From a virus (lineage: Duplodnaviria; Caudoviricetes), in IMG/VR virus record IMGVR_UViG_3300002986_000087, positions 1 to 37,781 of that record: a DNA stretch of 37,781 bases. One strand, 5' to 3'. Each line of letters opens with the position of its first letter. The stretch's first letter is position 1. The notes under the pieces are model-generated. The model was not told the origin of the DNA, made no database searches, and saw nothing but the letters and a program-made list of their open reading frames with translations. Positions 9,037 through 18,685 of the stretch are shown here, piece after piece. Made by a program: the position numbers and the translations under genes.

Positions 9037-10425
9037 TACTTTCTCTTTTGTTCTGGCACCTGCTGATAAATCGCTTTCCTTCGCTGCAATTGGTTCATAC
9101 AATCCCATAGATAGATTCTTTGTTGGAAAATTGATTTTAAACGCTGCATGAATGGCTTCGAATACAATGTCTTCAGCAATCTGTACATCGGCTGCATAGA
9201 ATAGTTTCCAGGCATACAGTATCTGACTACCGGCATCCCCTTTGCCCTGTATAATGATATTGGACAATGCCGGGTTTAATCCGAATCCACTGGTTGTTGA
9301 ACTATCAGCTAATACCGATATTTCAGCCTGTGCTTTAATGAATTTATCAATATTCATTTCTATCGGTTCAATCTTCCAGTTACAGGCATTCCCACTATCA
9401 TCAACAAAGTCAATCGATTCAAAGAACTTCCCTGTATTTGTTTTACCGGATAGTACGTTGGCAATCGTTTTGGTCAGTTCGTCCCGGAGTTTATCCACTT
9501 CAGCGGCTACCTGAACGTTATCATACTCCGGATGCACTTCTCGAACCATATAATCTTTTCCTTCCCAATACTTTGCAGGTTCATGTACCTGGTAAGCGGC
9601 TGCAATCATATTTTCAGTCAGGTACTGAATAATTTCAGGAATATCGTTTGCCCGACGTATCCAGGGGATGGACCCAATAAATGTTGGTAATGAATAGAAG
9701 TTACGCCCAAAAGTCTGGTAATTGTGATACCTCATGGACATTCCGTACTGATTTACTACCGGATAGATTGGATAACGAAGGGCAGGAACACGGTTTGTAT
9801 TGTTTTCAAAATCCCAAACAATAATGTTCGTAGCATCTTTCAACCGGTTACCCGTATCAGGCCATTCCAACCGGCATTCGTTGGTATTCTCGCATTCCAG
9901 TTTAGCAATCCACTTTTTACCAAGGCGGTTGGCTTTTCCTGAATAATATTTCACGTATACGCCCTGCATATAATTAAATTCCTGCAGCGAATTGCGTACA
10001 AATTCCTTATAATCCCATGTATCAAGCCACGCCTGTACGTCAGTATCTTCCACCCATTCGCGTACAATCTCGTTATTTTCGAACTTCAACCTGTATAGGA
10101 ATGGACCTTTGCCATATTGGAGTCCTGTTTTACGTGCAAGTATGCCGGGACCGAGGTTATTTTTCTCCAACAGGTTACGGATATTAGCCGGCAGGTTATT
10201 GTCAGCACCATGAGGAACCACACGCACACCACCCACCTGATACGGATTACTTTCCCAACTTCCCTGCATGTTCAGTACCGAATGCATAATCTGATCATCC
10301 TGTCCCGAATAAGCAACGCCAAACGTTCCGGATTTCGCATTCACAAAATTTAAACCGCCAATTCTTTTAACCGCGCTATCCCCTGAAGGGGGATTTGAAG
10401 ATACTATTGAATTACTATTTTTCAT
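9034..10425 (-). CDS. Phage portal protein
   Basis: 463 aa. HGADNNLP, FYSLPTFIG and LSGKTNTGK motifs are characteristic of Bacteroidota phage portals. Confidence 0.75.
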   Translation of the reverse strand: MKNSNSIVSSNPPSGDSAVKRIGGLNFVNAKSGTFGVAYSGQDDQIMHSVLNMQGSWESNPYQVGGVRVVPHGADNNLPANIRNLLEKNNLGPGILARKTGLQYGKGPFLYRLKFENNEIVREWVEDTDVQAWLDTWDYKEFVRNSLQEFNYMQGVYVKYYSGKANRLGKKWIAKLECENTNECRLEWPDTGNRLKDATNIIVWDFENNTNRVPALRYPIYPVVNQYGMSMRYHNYQTFGRNFYSLPTFIGSIPWIRRANDIPEIIQYLTENMIAAAYQVHEPAKYWEGKDYMVREVHPEYDNVQVAAEVDKLRDELTKTIANVLSGKTNTGKFFESIDFVDDSGNACNWKIEPIEMNIDKFIKAQAEISVLADSSTTSGFGLNPALSNIIIQGKGDAGSQILYAWKLFYAADVQIAEDIVFEAIHAAFKINFPTKNLSMGLYEPIAAKESDLSAGARTKEKV

Positions 10426-10459
10426 AAATTATATTTTCTATATTCAGAAACCTGGTCTT

Positions 10460-10492
10460 TACTACCTACTACCTACTACCTACTACCTACTA
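10460..10492. repeat. Heptamer repeat family A
   Basis: About 4.5 perfect TACTACC units. Includes the TAG stop at 10490. Confidence 0.85.
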
Positions 10493-10762
10493 ATTAAGCT
10501 CCAGCTTACACCCATTAAACTCCATCAACAATATCTGGTAGCACATTTTACAATCATTGGTATCTACATCCACAAAGTTCAGCATCATGTCCGCATTCGC
10601 GTTTTGCTCCAGCGTACTTTGTTTCCGGAGTAATGCATGCGCTACTTCAACTATTCCGTGTGAGGTACCACGATCTTCAGAATAACTCATAAATGAGAAC
10701 TGAAACGATTTACCCGCGCTACTCAGTGATCGCATTTGTTTTATAGCAGCATATACGTCCAT
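10490..10762 (-). CDS. Small phage protein preceding the portal
   Basis: 90 aa, ATG start, 2 nt from the upstream gene. Confidence 0.65.
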   Translation of the reverse strand: MDVYAAIKQMRSLSSAGKSFQFSFMSYSEDRGTSHGIVEVAHALLRKQSTLEQNANADMMLNFVDVDTNDCKMCYQILLMEFNGCKLELN

Positions 10763-10764
10763 AA

Positions 10765-11397
10765 TTACTTTTTAAGTTCAATATATTTTAAATAATTGAA
10801 TGTTGTATTTGGATTTTGGGCAACGATATCCAGTTGAATAGATTTGATTCCCCAACTCCACCAAAGAAAGTGATGTGCCGGGATTCGCGAAGCAACTACT
10901 GTTAGACTATCCTTTGTTTCAACTATTAAATCAATTGAATCACCATTAAAACATCCGGATACGGTATTCCATTTATCAGTATAGTTCAGGCATTTTATTG
11001 AATCAACATATTGAATTTTTGTTTTAATAGTCGAAGTAGTTTGAGTTCCTACGTTGGCTACACTTTGAATATTCTTAATCTTCAGATTTAAATTGGATAT
11101 AGTTTGCGCATCCGATTTGCTATATTTTTTAAATTCATCAATTGTATAATTCAATGAAGCAACTTTTGCAGCATTTAGATTTATAATCGAATCTTTTCCG
11201 TTTATTTTCTTTGCCCCGGTATTATACGCTACTTTATAACTCTCAAAGTTATTATTCAACACCGATACGTTCGAATTTAAACGAACATTTTCACTTTTAA
11301 GAGTTCTATAATTTGAAAAGAAAATGAAAACGATAATTGTAAGTACAACTATCAATATAAGTTTCCATTGCTTTAATAAAAAGTTAATTGCTATCAT
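10765..11397 (-). CDS. Putative i-spanin-like lysis protein (DUF6549-like)
   Basis: N-terminal TM helix, coiled coil, C-terminal HHFLWWSWG. Downstream of the endolysin. Confidence 0.55.
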   Translation of the reverse strand: MIAINFLLKQWKLILIVVLTIIVFIFFSNYRTLKSENVRLNSNVSVLNNNFESYKVAYNTGAKKINGKDSIINLNAAKVASLNYTIDEFKKYSKSDAQTISNLNLKIKNIQSVANVGTQTTSTIKTKIQYVDSIKCLNYTDKWNTVSGCFNGDSIDLIVETKDSLTVVASRIPAHHFLWWSWGIKSIQLDIVAQNPNTTFNYLKYIELKK

Positions 11398-11431
11398 AAT
11401 AGTAAATTGTAAATGATTAAATAGTAAATTC
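11398..11431. repeat. Repeat family B, degenerate
   Basis: AATAGTAAATTGTAAATGATTAAATAGTAAATTC fills the gap between two ORFs. Confidence 0.75.
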
Positions 11432-11569
11432 TTAGATCCACCCTATTTTGTGCGCCATTTGTTCACGCAAAATCAGCATATCAATATGCCGTGGATCCTG
11501 ATACCATCGTTCACTCTTTATCCACACCAACAAAAGAGTCTTTAAAAATGTCCGTTTGCGCTTTTTCAT
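11432..11569 (-). CDS. Small basic protein (45 aa) in the lysis cassette, absent from the ORF track
   Basis: MKKRKRTFLKTLLLVWIKSERWYQDPRHIDMLILREQMAHKIGWI*. ATGA overlap with the endolysin stop. Confidence 0.55.
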   Translation of the reverse strand: MKKRKRTFLKTLLLVWIKSERWYQDPRHIDMLILREQMAHKIGWI

Positions 11570-12126
11570 AACCATCTGCTTACTTTATAAATTTGAGTTT
11601 TTAATCTTCTCTTTTTAGCACATAAATTACCTTCCCGGCTTCCATCCTTGTTTGTATTCCCTTCAACTGTCACGGTAAATGGAGTGCCGTATTCCCATTT
11701 ATCAATAAAAAATGTATGTGCAATACGTCCCATTTTTGGGAACCATATACCGCCAACATCGGCCATCTGTGGAGTCAATCCTTTTCCACGTATATAAATA
11801 ACTTTACTATTCGAAAACCACGCAGGAGAATAACCACTTATTACTGTTTTAACTCCGGCTTTCTGAAATGACCAACAAACAAAAGCTGCACACCAGGGAT
11901 CACCTTTTTTTAAGTGGCATGATTTAAGAAATAATTCAACACGCTTACCATCATTGTGTCCGGTTAACTCTTTAACTCCAACTTCGGCCGTATAGATATT
12001 ATGTACAAGAATCTGTTTTTCAGAAGGTGCATTTATTACCGTCCCGCAATAAGCGTTTTGGATAATGCTGCCAATAAAAACAGTAATGCAAAATAAACGG
12101 AGTAAACAAGTGTAATTCTTTGCCAT
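11566..12126 (-). CDS. Endolysin, CHAP/NlpC-P60-like peptidase with N-terminal signal
   Basis: PWCAAFV (catalytic Cys), IAHTFF (His) and VEGNT motifs. Hydrophobic N-terminus. Confidence 0.8.
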   Translation of the reverse strand: MAKNYTCLLRLFCITVFIGSIIQNAYCGTVINAPSEKQILVHNIYTAEVGVKELTGHNDGKRVELFLKSCHLKKGDPWCAAFVCWSFQKAGVKTVISGYSPAWFSNSKVIYIRGKGLTPQMADVGGIWFPKMGRIAHTFFIDKWEYGTPFTVTVEGNTNKDGSREGNLCAKKRRLKTQIYKVSRWL

Positions 12127-12398
12127 GGTGTCAAATCTTTAAAATCACATTTCATTTCAGTTTGAAGATAGGTTTGGAATCGGGTAAATACAATTCCGAG
12201 TATGATCCATGCCATTGAAATATACAAAAATGCCTGTATGATTGTAAAAACAGGAATCTGGAATATCCCGGCATCAAATTCGCCTGCAGTTGGATCAATT
12301 AATTTAATAACAGCTTCTATTAAAAACCATATTCCGAACACAACCGGAATAGTAAGAAACTCATGATACTTTTTGAAAAATTTTACAAGTGCTTTCAT
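12036..12398 (-). CDS. Putative holin (3 TM helices)
   Basis: 120 aa with three hydrophobic segments. Overlaps the endolysin 5' end. Confidence 0.6.
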   Translation of the reverse strand: MKALVKFFKKYHEFLTIPVVFGIWFLIEAVIKLIDPTAGEFDAGIFQIPVFTIIQAFLYISMAWIILGIVFTRFQTYLQTEMKCDFKDLTPWQRITLVYSVYFALLFLLAALSKTLIAGR

Positions 12399-12721
12399 GG
12401 TGATACTCTATTTAAACAAGTTAATATTAAACATCTTTGTGGTTCGATTAAAGCGTATTTTGTAAGGATTTTTTTCATCTTATCATTAATGATATCTATT
12501 TCCTTACGGTATTCTTCTTTCTTCTCGATTTCGTTTTGTCGTTCATCGATCAGTCGTTTATTTGTTTCTTCCAGGTCTTCAATCAGTTTTTTATAGGATC
12601 CCTGCATTTCTGTCAAAAAAGAATTTTCGGTTTTACGTTTTGCATATTTTGCCGAAATGTACGAAGTCATTACCAGTGCTATCCCTGTTATAATAGCTAC
12701 GATAATAGTTGGCTCACTCAT
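12395..12721 (-). CDS. Membrane-anchored coiled-coil protein (holin/antiholin-like)
   Basis: One N-terminal TM helix, a charged coiled coil and a C-terminal CxxxxC. First gene of the lysis cassette. Confidence 0.55.
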   Translation of the reverse strand: MSEPTIIVAIITGIALVMTSYISAKYAKRKTENSFLTEMQGSYKKLIEDLEETNKRLIDERQNEIEKKEEYRKEIDIINDKMKKILTKYALIEPQRCLILTCLNRVSP

Positions 12722-12748
12722 GGTTTATTCTATTTATAAATTGATATC

Positions 12749-12784
12749 CAAAATTACATTACTACCTACTATTTAAAAAGGACA
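12749..12784 (-). promoter_or_regulatory. Putative phage late promoter, copy 3 (lysis cassette)
   Basis: TGTCCTTT-N20-TAATTTTG. The spacer itself contains family A heptamers. Confidence 0.65.
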
Positions 12785-12787
12785 CGT

Positions 12788-12818
12788 CTACCTACTACCT
12801 ACTACTAACTACCTACTA
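12788..12818. repeat. Heptamer repeat family A
   Basis: CTACCTACTACCTACTACTAACTACCTACTA. Includes the tape-measure TAG stop. Confidence 0.8.
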
Positions 12819-15800
12819 TCCCCTCGATGCATTTTGCACCATCTTCCCGTATCTGTCCAGTTGCTTTGCCAGTCCATAGTTACCGGATATAGGAGCATAC
12901 GCCTGTATTCCGGCATCTAAATGAGCATTCAGTCTGTCAATTGATTTTGAAGCCTGAGCCAGCATTGCTATTGCCACTTCATTACTTACCGTGCCGGCAC
13001 TACCACCCGAACCTGTAGCATATCCACCCGCTTGATAACCCGGTGATGGCTGGCTACGTACTTTCTCCAGTATCTGGGTAGTATTCATTAAATGGATGGT
13101 TCCGTTCTTTTGCGCCATATCGAATACATCGAGGAACTTCTTAACCTGGGGATTCCTTACCGCCTTATGGTTAGCCACAAATTCAACACCGTGCACATTT
13201 TCACCATTCGAAAGTTGTCCACGCACTTCAGTAGGATCATTTCCACCCGTATAACCTCCGGAATACTTACCTCCTGAAATGGTATTACCGATAATTGTTT
13301 TAGCAGCACCAAATGCAGCCTCAATAAGTCCTACTAATATTATAGATCTTGCTATACCGGTAGCACCAAATGTTGCAATGCTATCAGGCATGGCCAACGA
13401 TTGAACTGTAGCCCCTGCAATTGCCATTTCGGCTTGAGCTTTTAAATAATCCAGTCCCAAATTAATCATACTAACAAGTGTCGATTTCAAAGCATCCTTA
13501 TTACCCGTTGCCAGATTACCAATTGCAGAACCAATATCTTCACCGAACTTAGTAAATAATTGTGCCCGTTGCTGATATTTAGAAACGTAGGTGTCGGTTA
13601 ATTGATTTTCATTTTTGATTAATTCATCGTTAAGCTTAGCCGTATCCAATCCCGCCTTTTCTTTTGCTGACATTTCTTTTTTTATGGCTTCAATCCTTTT
13701 ATTAATCAGGATGATTTCAGGATCAGCATCTATTTTTTTCAAATTAGAAAAAGGAGTACCTGTTTTCTTACTTACTTCAGCTTTTTTAGACAGTGAATCA
13801 ATTTCTTTGTTGTATTTATCATTTATGGATTTGTATTCTTCATCGAATTTCTCTATTGCCTGTTTCAGACTATTCTTTTTAGCCTGATCATTTATTTTGA
13901 ACAGATTATCATTGTGTTGTTTTTCGAGTAATTCTAATGCTTGTAATTCGGTATCGGTAAGATCTTCCCTTTTCTTATTGAAAATTCCAAGTTCTCTTAA
14001 TCGATCATCATATTCTAAATTTTCTTTTTTTACAGGATCGGCATCAAGCAATATTTTATTTATTTTTTCCTGATACTTTACATCCAATTCAGCCTTTTTA
14101 TTGTTTAATTCGCTGATTTGTTTGTCAATATCAGATTTAAAATTCTTATCCGTTACTTTCGATCTGTATTTCTGTAAAGCCGCAATTTTAAGATCATAAT
14201 ATGCTTTATCTTCGGAAAGTGTTTTATTATTATACTCTACCTCTGTTTGATTCTCCTTTATTTTAGCTGTTTTAAGTTTAGTTAGCCTGTCGGTATGAGC
14301 ATTATCGATTGTTTGAGTAATCAGATCCAGTTCTTTTTTTTGAGTTTCAATAGTTCCGGGGTCTGTACTAACTGATCCATGCTTATCATTTTTTACAGGT
14401 TCAATTATTGTTGCTGCCGTTTTTGCAGTTTGAATTATTCCTACAAATTGAGATTTAATAGCATCTGTCCCTGTCTTAATACGTTTAAAACTATAGAATA
14501 AATCGTTTACATCTGTATTAGCAGTTTCTCCCTTCCAAAAACTGGTAATTCCTTGTAATGGTATTGCGTTTTTTTTGAGAATATCCATTGCAAGCAAATA
14601 ACCTTTCTTTAAATCAGTTTGATTCTGGGAAAATGATTTTCCTATCTGTTCAGTAATGATATTTGCAACTTCATTCCCTTTTGTTTTAGCAATATATTCA
14701 CGCAGGTTTGAAAGTAATTTTGCTTGTTTCTCTACTTCTTTAGTAGTCAAATCATTTACTGATGCATTCTGCATTTTTAATGCGATACTATCACGAAGCG
14801 CTGTGTTAGCTTGTATTTGTGCTTTTTCAATATCAGTAATATTCCCTTTTTCATCGATTAAGTTTTGGATATAAGGTCCATATTTTGCCTTTATCAAATC
14901 TAAAAGTTTTTTCTTTTCTTCTGATCCTGAATTTGCTCTTTTATAGGCTTCAAAGACATTATCAAGTGCTAAAGATTCTTTTTGATACTCTTTATTAAAA
15001 TCACTCATTGCTTTTTGAGCATCAGTTTGAGCAGTAGTTAATTTATATATCAGAACAATTATACCCGCAATTAATGTCCCTATTAAAACATATGGATTGG
15101 ATAATAGCGTTTTAAAAAAACGTACCGTAGCACTATTGGCAACATCCGTTGCTAATGCATGAGCTTTTGTTGCAGCCGTACTGGCAATGCTGGCAACTGT
15201 ATTGGCGAGAAATGCGACTGTCAGAAATCCAATTGCAGAAACAATCGTAATTAACAGGGAAGGATGTTTTGAAAATACTTTGAGCACTTCCACACCCGCA
15301 TTGGTAATACCCAGTAATGCCGGTTGCATATTTTTCACCAACTCCATACCTACCTCGTTGTAGTTGTTTTGTGCCTGTTTTAGTTTTACGGATGTGGTAT
15401 TGGTTGATATTTGTGCCTGAGTCATAGCCACGTTGGTACCGGTAACTGCTTTTGTCAACCGGTCGTATTCGCCGGCATTATCCAGCAATATTTGACCTGC
15501 CGTAATATTTTCAATTCCAAATACCTTTTGCAAATAGGCATCACGTTGCAGGGCAGTAGCTTTAGCTTTTAATTTTAAGTTTACTTCGTCAATGGCATCA
15601 CGCATATTGAATGATCCACTGACATAACCCACGCCCGCTTCTTTCATTTTAAGCAATGCGCCACGTAATTTTGTACCGGCTTCCTCTCCTAGCAATTGTT
15701 TTGAAGCCAATACTTCGAGGGCTGCCACGGTTTGTTCCAGCGTCAGATTACTATTCATAGCCACTGTACCCACATTCTTCATTGAACCGGCAAGGCTGTC

Positions 15801-16676
15801 GGCTTCGGCACTTCCTTCCAGAGAACCTGCAGCAAGTACATTGATAATACGTGATGATTCTTTGGCTCCCAGGTTAAACTGATTCATGGAAGCTGTAACC
15901 ACTTCGAATGCCATTTCTACAGGAACACCGGTAGCCGCCAATGTCAACGCCTGTTTTGTCACTTCAGCCATTGCTTCTTTATTCTTCAGCAATTCAGGCC
16001 GCTTACTTCCTATAATGGTATACCCATCTACAATTTCTTTGCTGGATGCTTTGATCCTAACACCTTCCTCCGTGGATGATGTGGATAGTTTCTTTGCCTG
16101 AGCCGTCAACCATTCCACCGACTTATCATCCAATCCGGTAATAGATTTAAGGTTTGCCTGGCTATCTTCCAACTGCATGCGTAGGTCCATAAACTTTTTC
16201 AACGCGAACCATACACCTGATAAGGCAGCAATACCGGCAAGTGCTCCGGATATCATCTGACGAAAACCACCATTCATAATATTTAACGAGCGTGCTGATT
16301 CAGCCGATTTCTCGTTTAATTTGGTCATTCTTGCAATTACCGGTTTTAAATCATTATCCAGTTCCTTCCATTCATTACTCCCCTCAATAAACCGATCACG
16401 ATCATTTTTTATCGTTTTATACAGTTTTTGCAGTTCTTTCATGGAAAGTCCGTACAATCCGGTTTCCTTTTTAAGTTTATCCAATGAAGTAATTAATTCA
16501 TCCTGAGATTTTTTTAGTTCTCTATATTCCTGAGTATCTTTCTTTTTTGCATTAGAAAGTTGCTGCATCTCATCACCTACTTTTTGAAGTGCCGTTTGAG
16601 TAGCCATTGCCTTACTGATGGCATCGGCATTATTTAAATAGATGGAAAACCGTAAATCCTTTATAGTTACTGCCAT
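12816..16676 (-). CDS. Tail tape measure protein (TP901-like core)
   Basis: 1286 aa, Ala/Lys-rich and helical. INVLAAGS...EEAGTKLR core, TM-like segments, and C-terminal GGYTGG...VHGVEFVAN. Confidence 0.92.
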   Translation of the reverse strand: MAVTIKDLRFSIYLNNADAISKAMATQTALQKVGDEMQQLSNAKKKDTQEYRELKKSQDELITSLDKLKKETGLYGLSMKELQKLYKTIKNDRDRFIEGSNEWKELDNDLKPVIARMTKLNEKSAESARSLNIMNGGFRQMISGALAGIAALSGVWFALKKFMDLRMQLEDSQANLKSITGLDDKSVEWLTAQAKKLSTSSTEEGVRIKASSKEIVDGYTIIGSKRPELLKNKEAMAEVTKQALTLAATGVPVEMAFEVVTASMNQFNLGAKESSRIINVLAAGSLEGSAEADSLAGSMKNVGTVAMNSNLTLEQTVAALEVLASKQLLGEEAGTKLRGALLKMKEAGVGYVSGSFNMRDAIDEVNLKLKAKATALQRDAYLQKVFGIENITAGQILLDNAGEYDRLTKAVTGTNVAMTQAQISTNTTSVKLKQAQNNYNEVGMELVKNMQPALLGITNAGVEVLKVFSKHPSLLITIVSAIGFLTVAFLANTVASIASTAATKAHALATDVANSATVRFFKTLLSNPYVLIGTLIAGIIVLIYKLTTAQTDAQKAMSDFNKEYQKESLALDNVFEAYKRANSGSEEKKKLLDLIKAKYGPYIQNLIDEKGNITDIEKAQIQANTALRDSIALKMQNASVNDLTTKEVEKQAKLLSNLREYIAKTKGNEVANIITEQIGKSFSQNQTDLKKGYLLAMDILKKNAIPLQGITSFWKGETANTDVNDLFYSFKRIKTGTDAIKSQFVGIIQTAKTAATIIEPVKNDKHGSVSTDPGTIETQKKELDLITQTIDNAHTDRLTKLKTAKIKENQTEVEYNNKTLSEDKAYYDLKIAALQKYRSKVTDKNFKSDIDKQISELNNKKAELDVKYQEKINKILLDADPVKKENLEYDDRLRELGIFNKKREDLTDTELQALELLEKQHNDNLFKINDQAKKNSLKQAIEKFDEEYKSINDKYNKEIDSLSKKAEVSKKTGTPFSNLKKIDADPEIILINKRIEAIKKEMSAKEKAGLDTAKLNDELIKNENQLTDTYVSKYQQRAQLFTKFGEDIGSAIGNLATGNKDALKSTLVSMINLGLDYLKAQAEMAIAGATVQSLAMPDSIATFGATGIARSIILVGLIEAAFGAAKTIIGNTISGGKYSGGYTGGNDPTEVRGQLSNGENVHGVEFVANHKAVRNPQVKKFLDVFDMAQKNGTIHLMNTTQILEKVRSQPSPGYQAGGYATGSGGSAGTVSNEVAIAMLAQASKSIDRLNAHLDAGIQAYAPISGNYGLAKQLDRYGKMVQNASRG

Positions 16677-16685
16677 ATCATTATT

Positions 16686-16718
16686 ATTTACTATTTATTC
16701 ATTTACTATTTACTATTT
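16686..16718. repeat. Repeat family B, inverted copy
   Basis: Reverse complement is identical to 7980-8012 (33 bp). Confidence 0.85.
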
Positions 16719-16740
16719 AGGAAATAGCGTCTTATATTAC

Positions 16741-16765
16741 TCCCCTTTAGGGATTGGGGGTTCTT
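16741..16765. repeat. Repeat family C (CCCCTTTAGGGGTTAGGGGTTCTT-like)
   Basis: TCCCCTTTAGGGATTGGGGGTTCTT. Inverted partner at 17364-17390. Confidence 0.75.
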
Positions 16766-16768
16766 GTG

Positions 16769-17305
16769 TCATTGATCTAAATATATTCTCGTTGCATTAA
16801 TCGTAATATCATCAGCATATGCTTCCACAATGGCCGATAGTTCAGCAATATGTTGCTCAATAACCGGGTTAAACCAAAGGATAGGTTGACGGCCAAAGGT
16901 ATTTGTTTTCGAAGTACGTGTTGTAACTCCCCCACTGCGGTGATATCCACGCCCAACTCCCATGTGGATATACACGCCTTCCGGACGGAATGAGAATCCG
17001 ATACGGTCAATCTCAATCAGTCGACCACTCCAACTCTTTTTATCGGCATAGTAGGTATTTTTCAGCGTGGAACTCAGTTTTTTATCATCCGTAACCATAC
17101 TTCCAATAGAACTGACCAATCCCGAACGTACCGTTTCACCCCACGCCTGTATCGCCGAGTTGTATTTTTGCAGGTCTTCCACGCTCTTACTTCGGAAGTA
17201 CTTACTTACTGTACTTTCGCCTGTAATTTCGATTTCAAACGGCCCTTCGTTTTTAAATTTATTGCGTTTCGAAGGTCTGTCGGTTACTCCCCACCGGTCA
17301 TGCAT
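16769..17305 (-). CDS. Putative neck/tail-completion protein
   Basis: Likely ATG at 17305 (MHDRWG). GVYIHMGVGRG and RQPILWFNP motifs resemble neck proteins. Lies upstream of the tape measure gene. Confidence 0.5.
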   Translation of the reverse strand: MHDRWGVTDRPSKRNKFKNEGPFEIEITGESTVSKYFRSKSVEDLQKYNSAIQAWGETVRSGLVSSIGSMVTDDKKLSSTLKNTYYADKKSWSGRLIEIDRIGFSFRPEGVYIHMGVGRGYHRSGGVTTRTSKTNTFGRQPILWFNPVIEQHIAELSAIVEAYADDITINATRIYLDQ

Positions 17306-17326
17306 AGTGATGTATTTTAAGTTAGT

Positions 17327-17362
17327 CAAAAATAATACAGACAAGGGATAGCCAAAAGGACA
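17327..17362 (-). promoter_or_regulatory. Putative phage late promoter, copy 4
   Basis: TGTCCTTT-N20-TATTTTTG. Confidence 0.65.
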
Positions 17363-17363
17363 A

Positions 17364-17390
17364 AAGAACCCTTAACCCCTAAAGGGAGAT
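17364..17390. repeat. Repeat family C, opposite orientation
   Basis: AAGAACCCTTAACCCCTAAAGGGAGAT. Confidence 0.75.
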
Positions 17391-17398
17391 AAGAAAAG

Positions 17399-17431
17399 AA
17401 AAGCCCCGAACGGGTTTGGTTCGGGGCTTTT
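17399..17431. terminator. Intrinsic terminator (bidirectional-type)
   Basis: AAAAGCCCCGAAC-loop-GTTCGGGGCTTTT. Confidence 0.8.
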
Positions 17432-17460
17432 AAAGTTTAGTTATTACTTAACTTATATGT

Positions 17461-17856
17461 TTATTCATCTTCATAATAACGATCTTTTTCGTCGGTCCAT
17501 ACTTCAGCACATAATTTCTTGTTTTTATTTAAACAGAGTCTATAAACTGTTTTACATTCAGAACATGTTTTTTTATTTCCAATGATATCATGCAATATAC
17601 TTGAAGACATTACATCACCATCGTTATCAACATATACATCTATGGAATATTCATCTATAGAAATATATTCTCCACATGTACATATAAAATTGCAGTCAAC
17701 ATTTAAACTCGCAGATATTGATTGAATATCAATCCCGCTTTCTAATGCCTTATTATATTTATTTACTAGGTCAATATGTTCTTTATTTCCAATTTCCGGA
17801 ATAATAATATTCCCTTTTTCGTCGGTAATTTTACCCTTTACTATTTTAAGTTTCAT
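17461..17856 (-). CDS. Hypothetical protein, possible Zn-binding
   Basis: 131 aa with CTCG and CSEC motifs. ATGA overlap with the upstream gene. Confidence 0.6.
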   Translation of the reverse strand: MKLKIVKGKITDEKGNIIIPEIGNKEHIDLVNKYNKALESGIDIQSISASLNVDCNFICTCGEYISIDEYSIDVYVDNDGDVMSSSILHDIIGNKKTCSECKTVYRLCLNKNKKLCAEVWTDEKDRYYEDE

Positions 17857-18143
17857 TCAACATCTCCTTTCCTATTAATACTACATTCTTTCAACAATCC
17901 GTTCAATTCTTTCAAATCATCCTTTAGTGATTTCACGTTAATAAGGTAATTGCTTAGTTCCCTCATTTTTATAATATCATCATTACATACCTCAGTCAGG
18001 GCACCAACCAGATAATCATTCAATTCAAAAAGTGATTCAATAGCCGAATCAACATGACTTTCACTACCTTCTGAGTAAGGTGCCATTTGTTTCAGGAAAT
18101 CAACTAATTTGTCAGTTACTTCCATACCATTAATAATTGTCAT
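17853..18143 (-). CDS. Hypothetical helical protein
   Basis: 96 aa, coupled to both neighbours by 4-nt overlaps. Confidence 0.6.
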   Translation of the reverse strand: MTIINGMEVTDKLVDFLKQMAPYSEGSESHVDSAIESLFELNDYLVGALTEVCNDDIIKMRELSNYLINVKSLKDDLKELNGLLKECSINRKGDVE

Positions 18144-18391
18144 ACGGCTTTCCTCCCTTCAGTAAAACTAAGTTGCAGGTTAAACCCATCGGCACGGAAT
18201 GTAAGACTGGAGTAATCAGGTTCGGAATGAAGGGATACGCGGGTAGCACCTTTAATTTCTTTTTTCGCTTCCATGTAAAAATCATGGAGAATGGACAATG
18301 CACTTTTTTGATCAACGATACCGGAACCTTGTACAGGTTCGGTTTTGATAGGCTTTGCAGGACTGGGCCTGTGGATGGAAGTAGTTTTCAT
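18140..18391 (-). CDS. Hypothetical protein, first gene behind the c4-like switch
   Basis: 83 aa. ATG lies 2 nt downstream of the antisense target box. Confidence 0.6.
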   Translation of the reverse strand: MKTTSIHRPSPAKPIKTEPVQGSGIVDQKSALSILHDFYMEAKKEIKGATRVSLHSEPDYSSLTFRADGFNLQLSFTEGRKAV

Positions 18392-18393
18392 TT

Positions 18394-18640
18394 GGTAATG
18401 GTTTTGCGTTTTGCATACAAATATCCAACTGTATGCATGTTGGGTTTAGTAAGTACAGAAAAACGGCTGTACATTTCCAGGTCGCAAAACCATTACCACG
18501 AGCAAGCTCAAAAGTAAACAGGAAATAATACAGCCGTCGATCTTTAATTTCTTTTGACGGTAATTGGCATAAAAAAAGCCCTTTGAAAAATGGGCAGCTT
18601 ATTGGGCTACTCGTTTAATGGTTTTGCGTTGCAAATATCA
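18394..18640 (-). promoter_or_regulatory. Leader with promoter and two antisense target boxes
   Basis: -7-like GATATTTG near 18632-18639. On the minus strand, CGCAAAACCATTA occurs at 18616-18628 and 18396-18408. Confidence 0.6.
18463..18537 (-). ncRNA. c4/CI-like antisense RNA
   Basis: Closing stem ACGGCTGTA..TTTCC / GGAAA..TACAGCCGT. Internal GGTAATGGTTTTGCG is complementary to both flanking boxes (15 and 13 nt perfect). Confidence 0.6.
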
Positions 18641-18685
18641 GAATAGTTTTTGAATTGACAATACGAAAATGAGATTATTTTTAAA

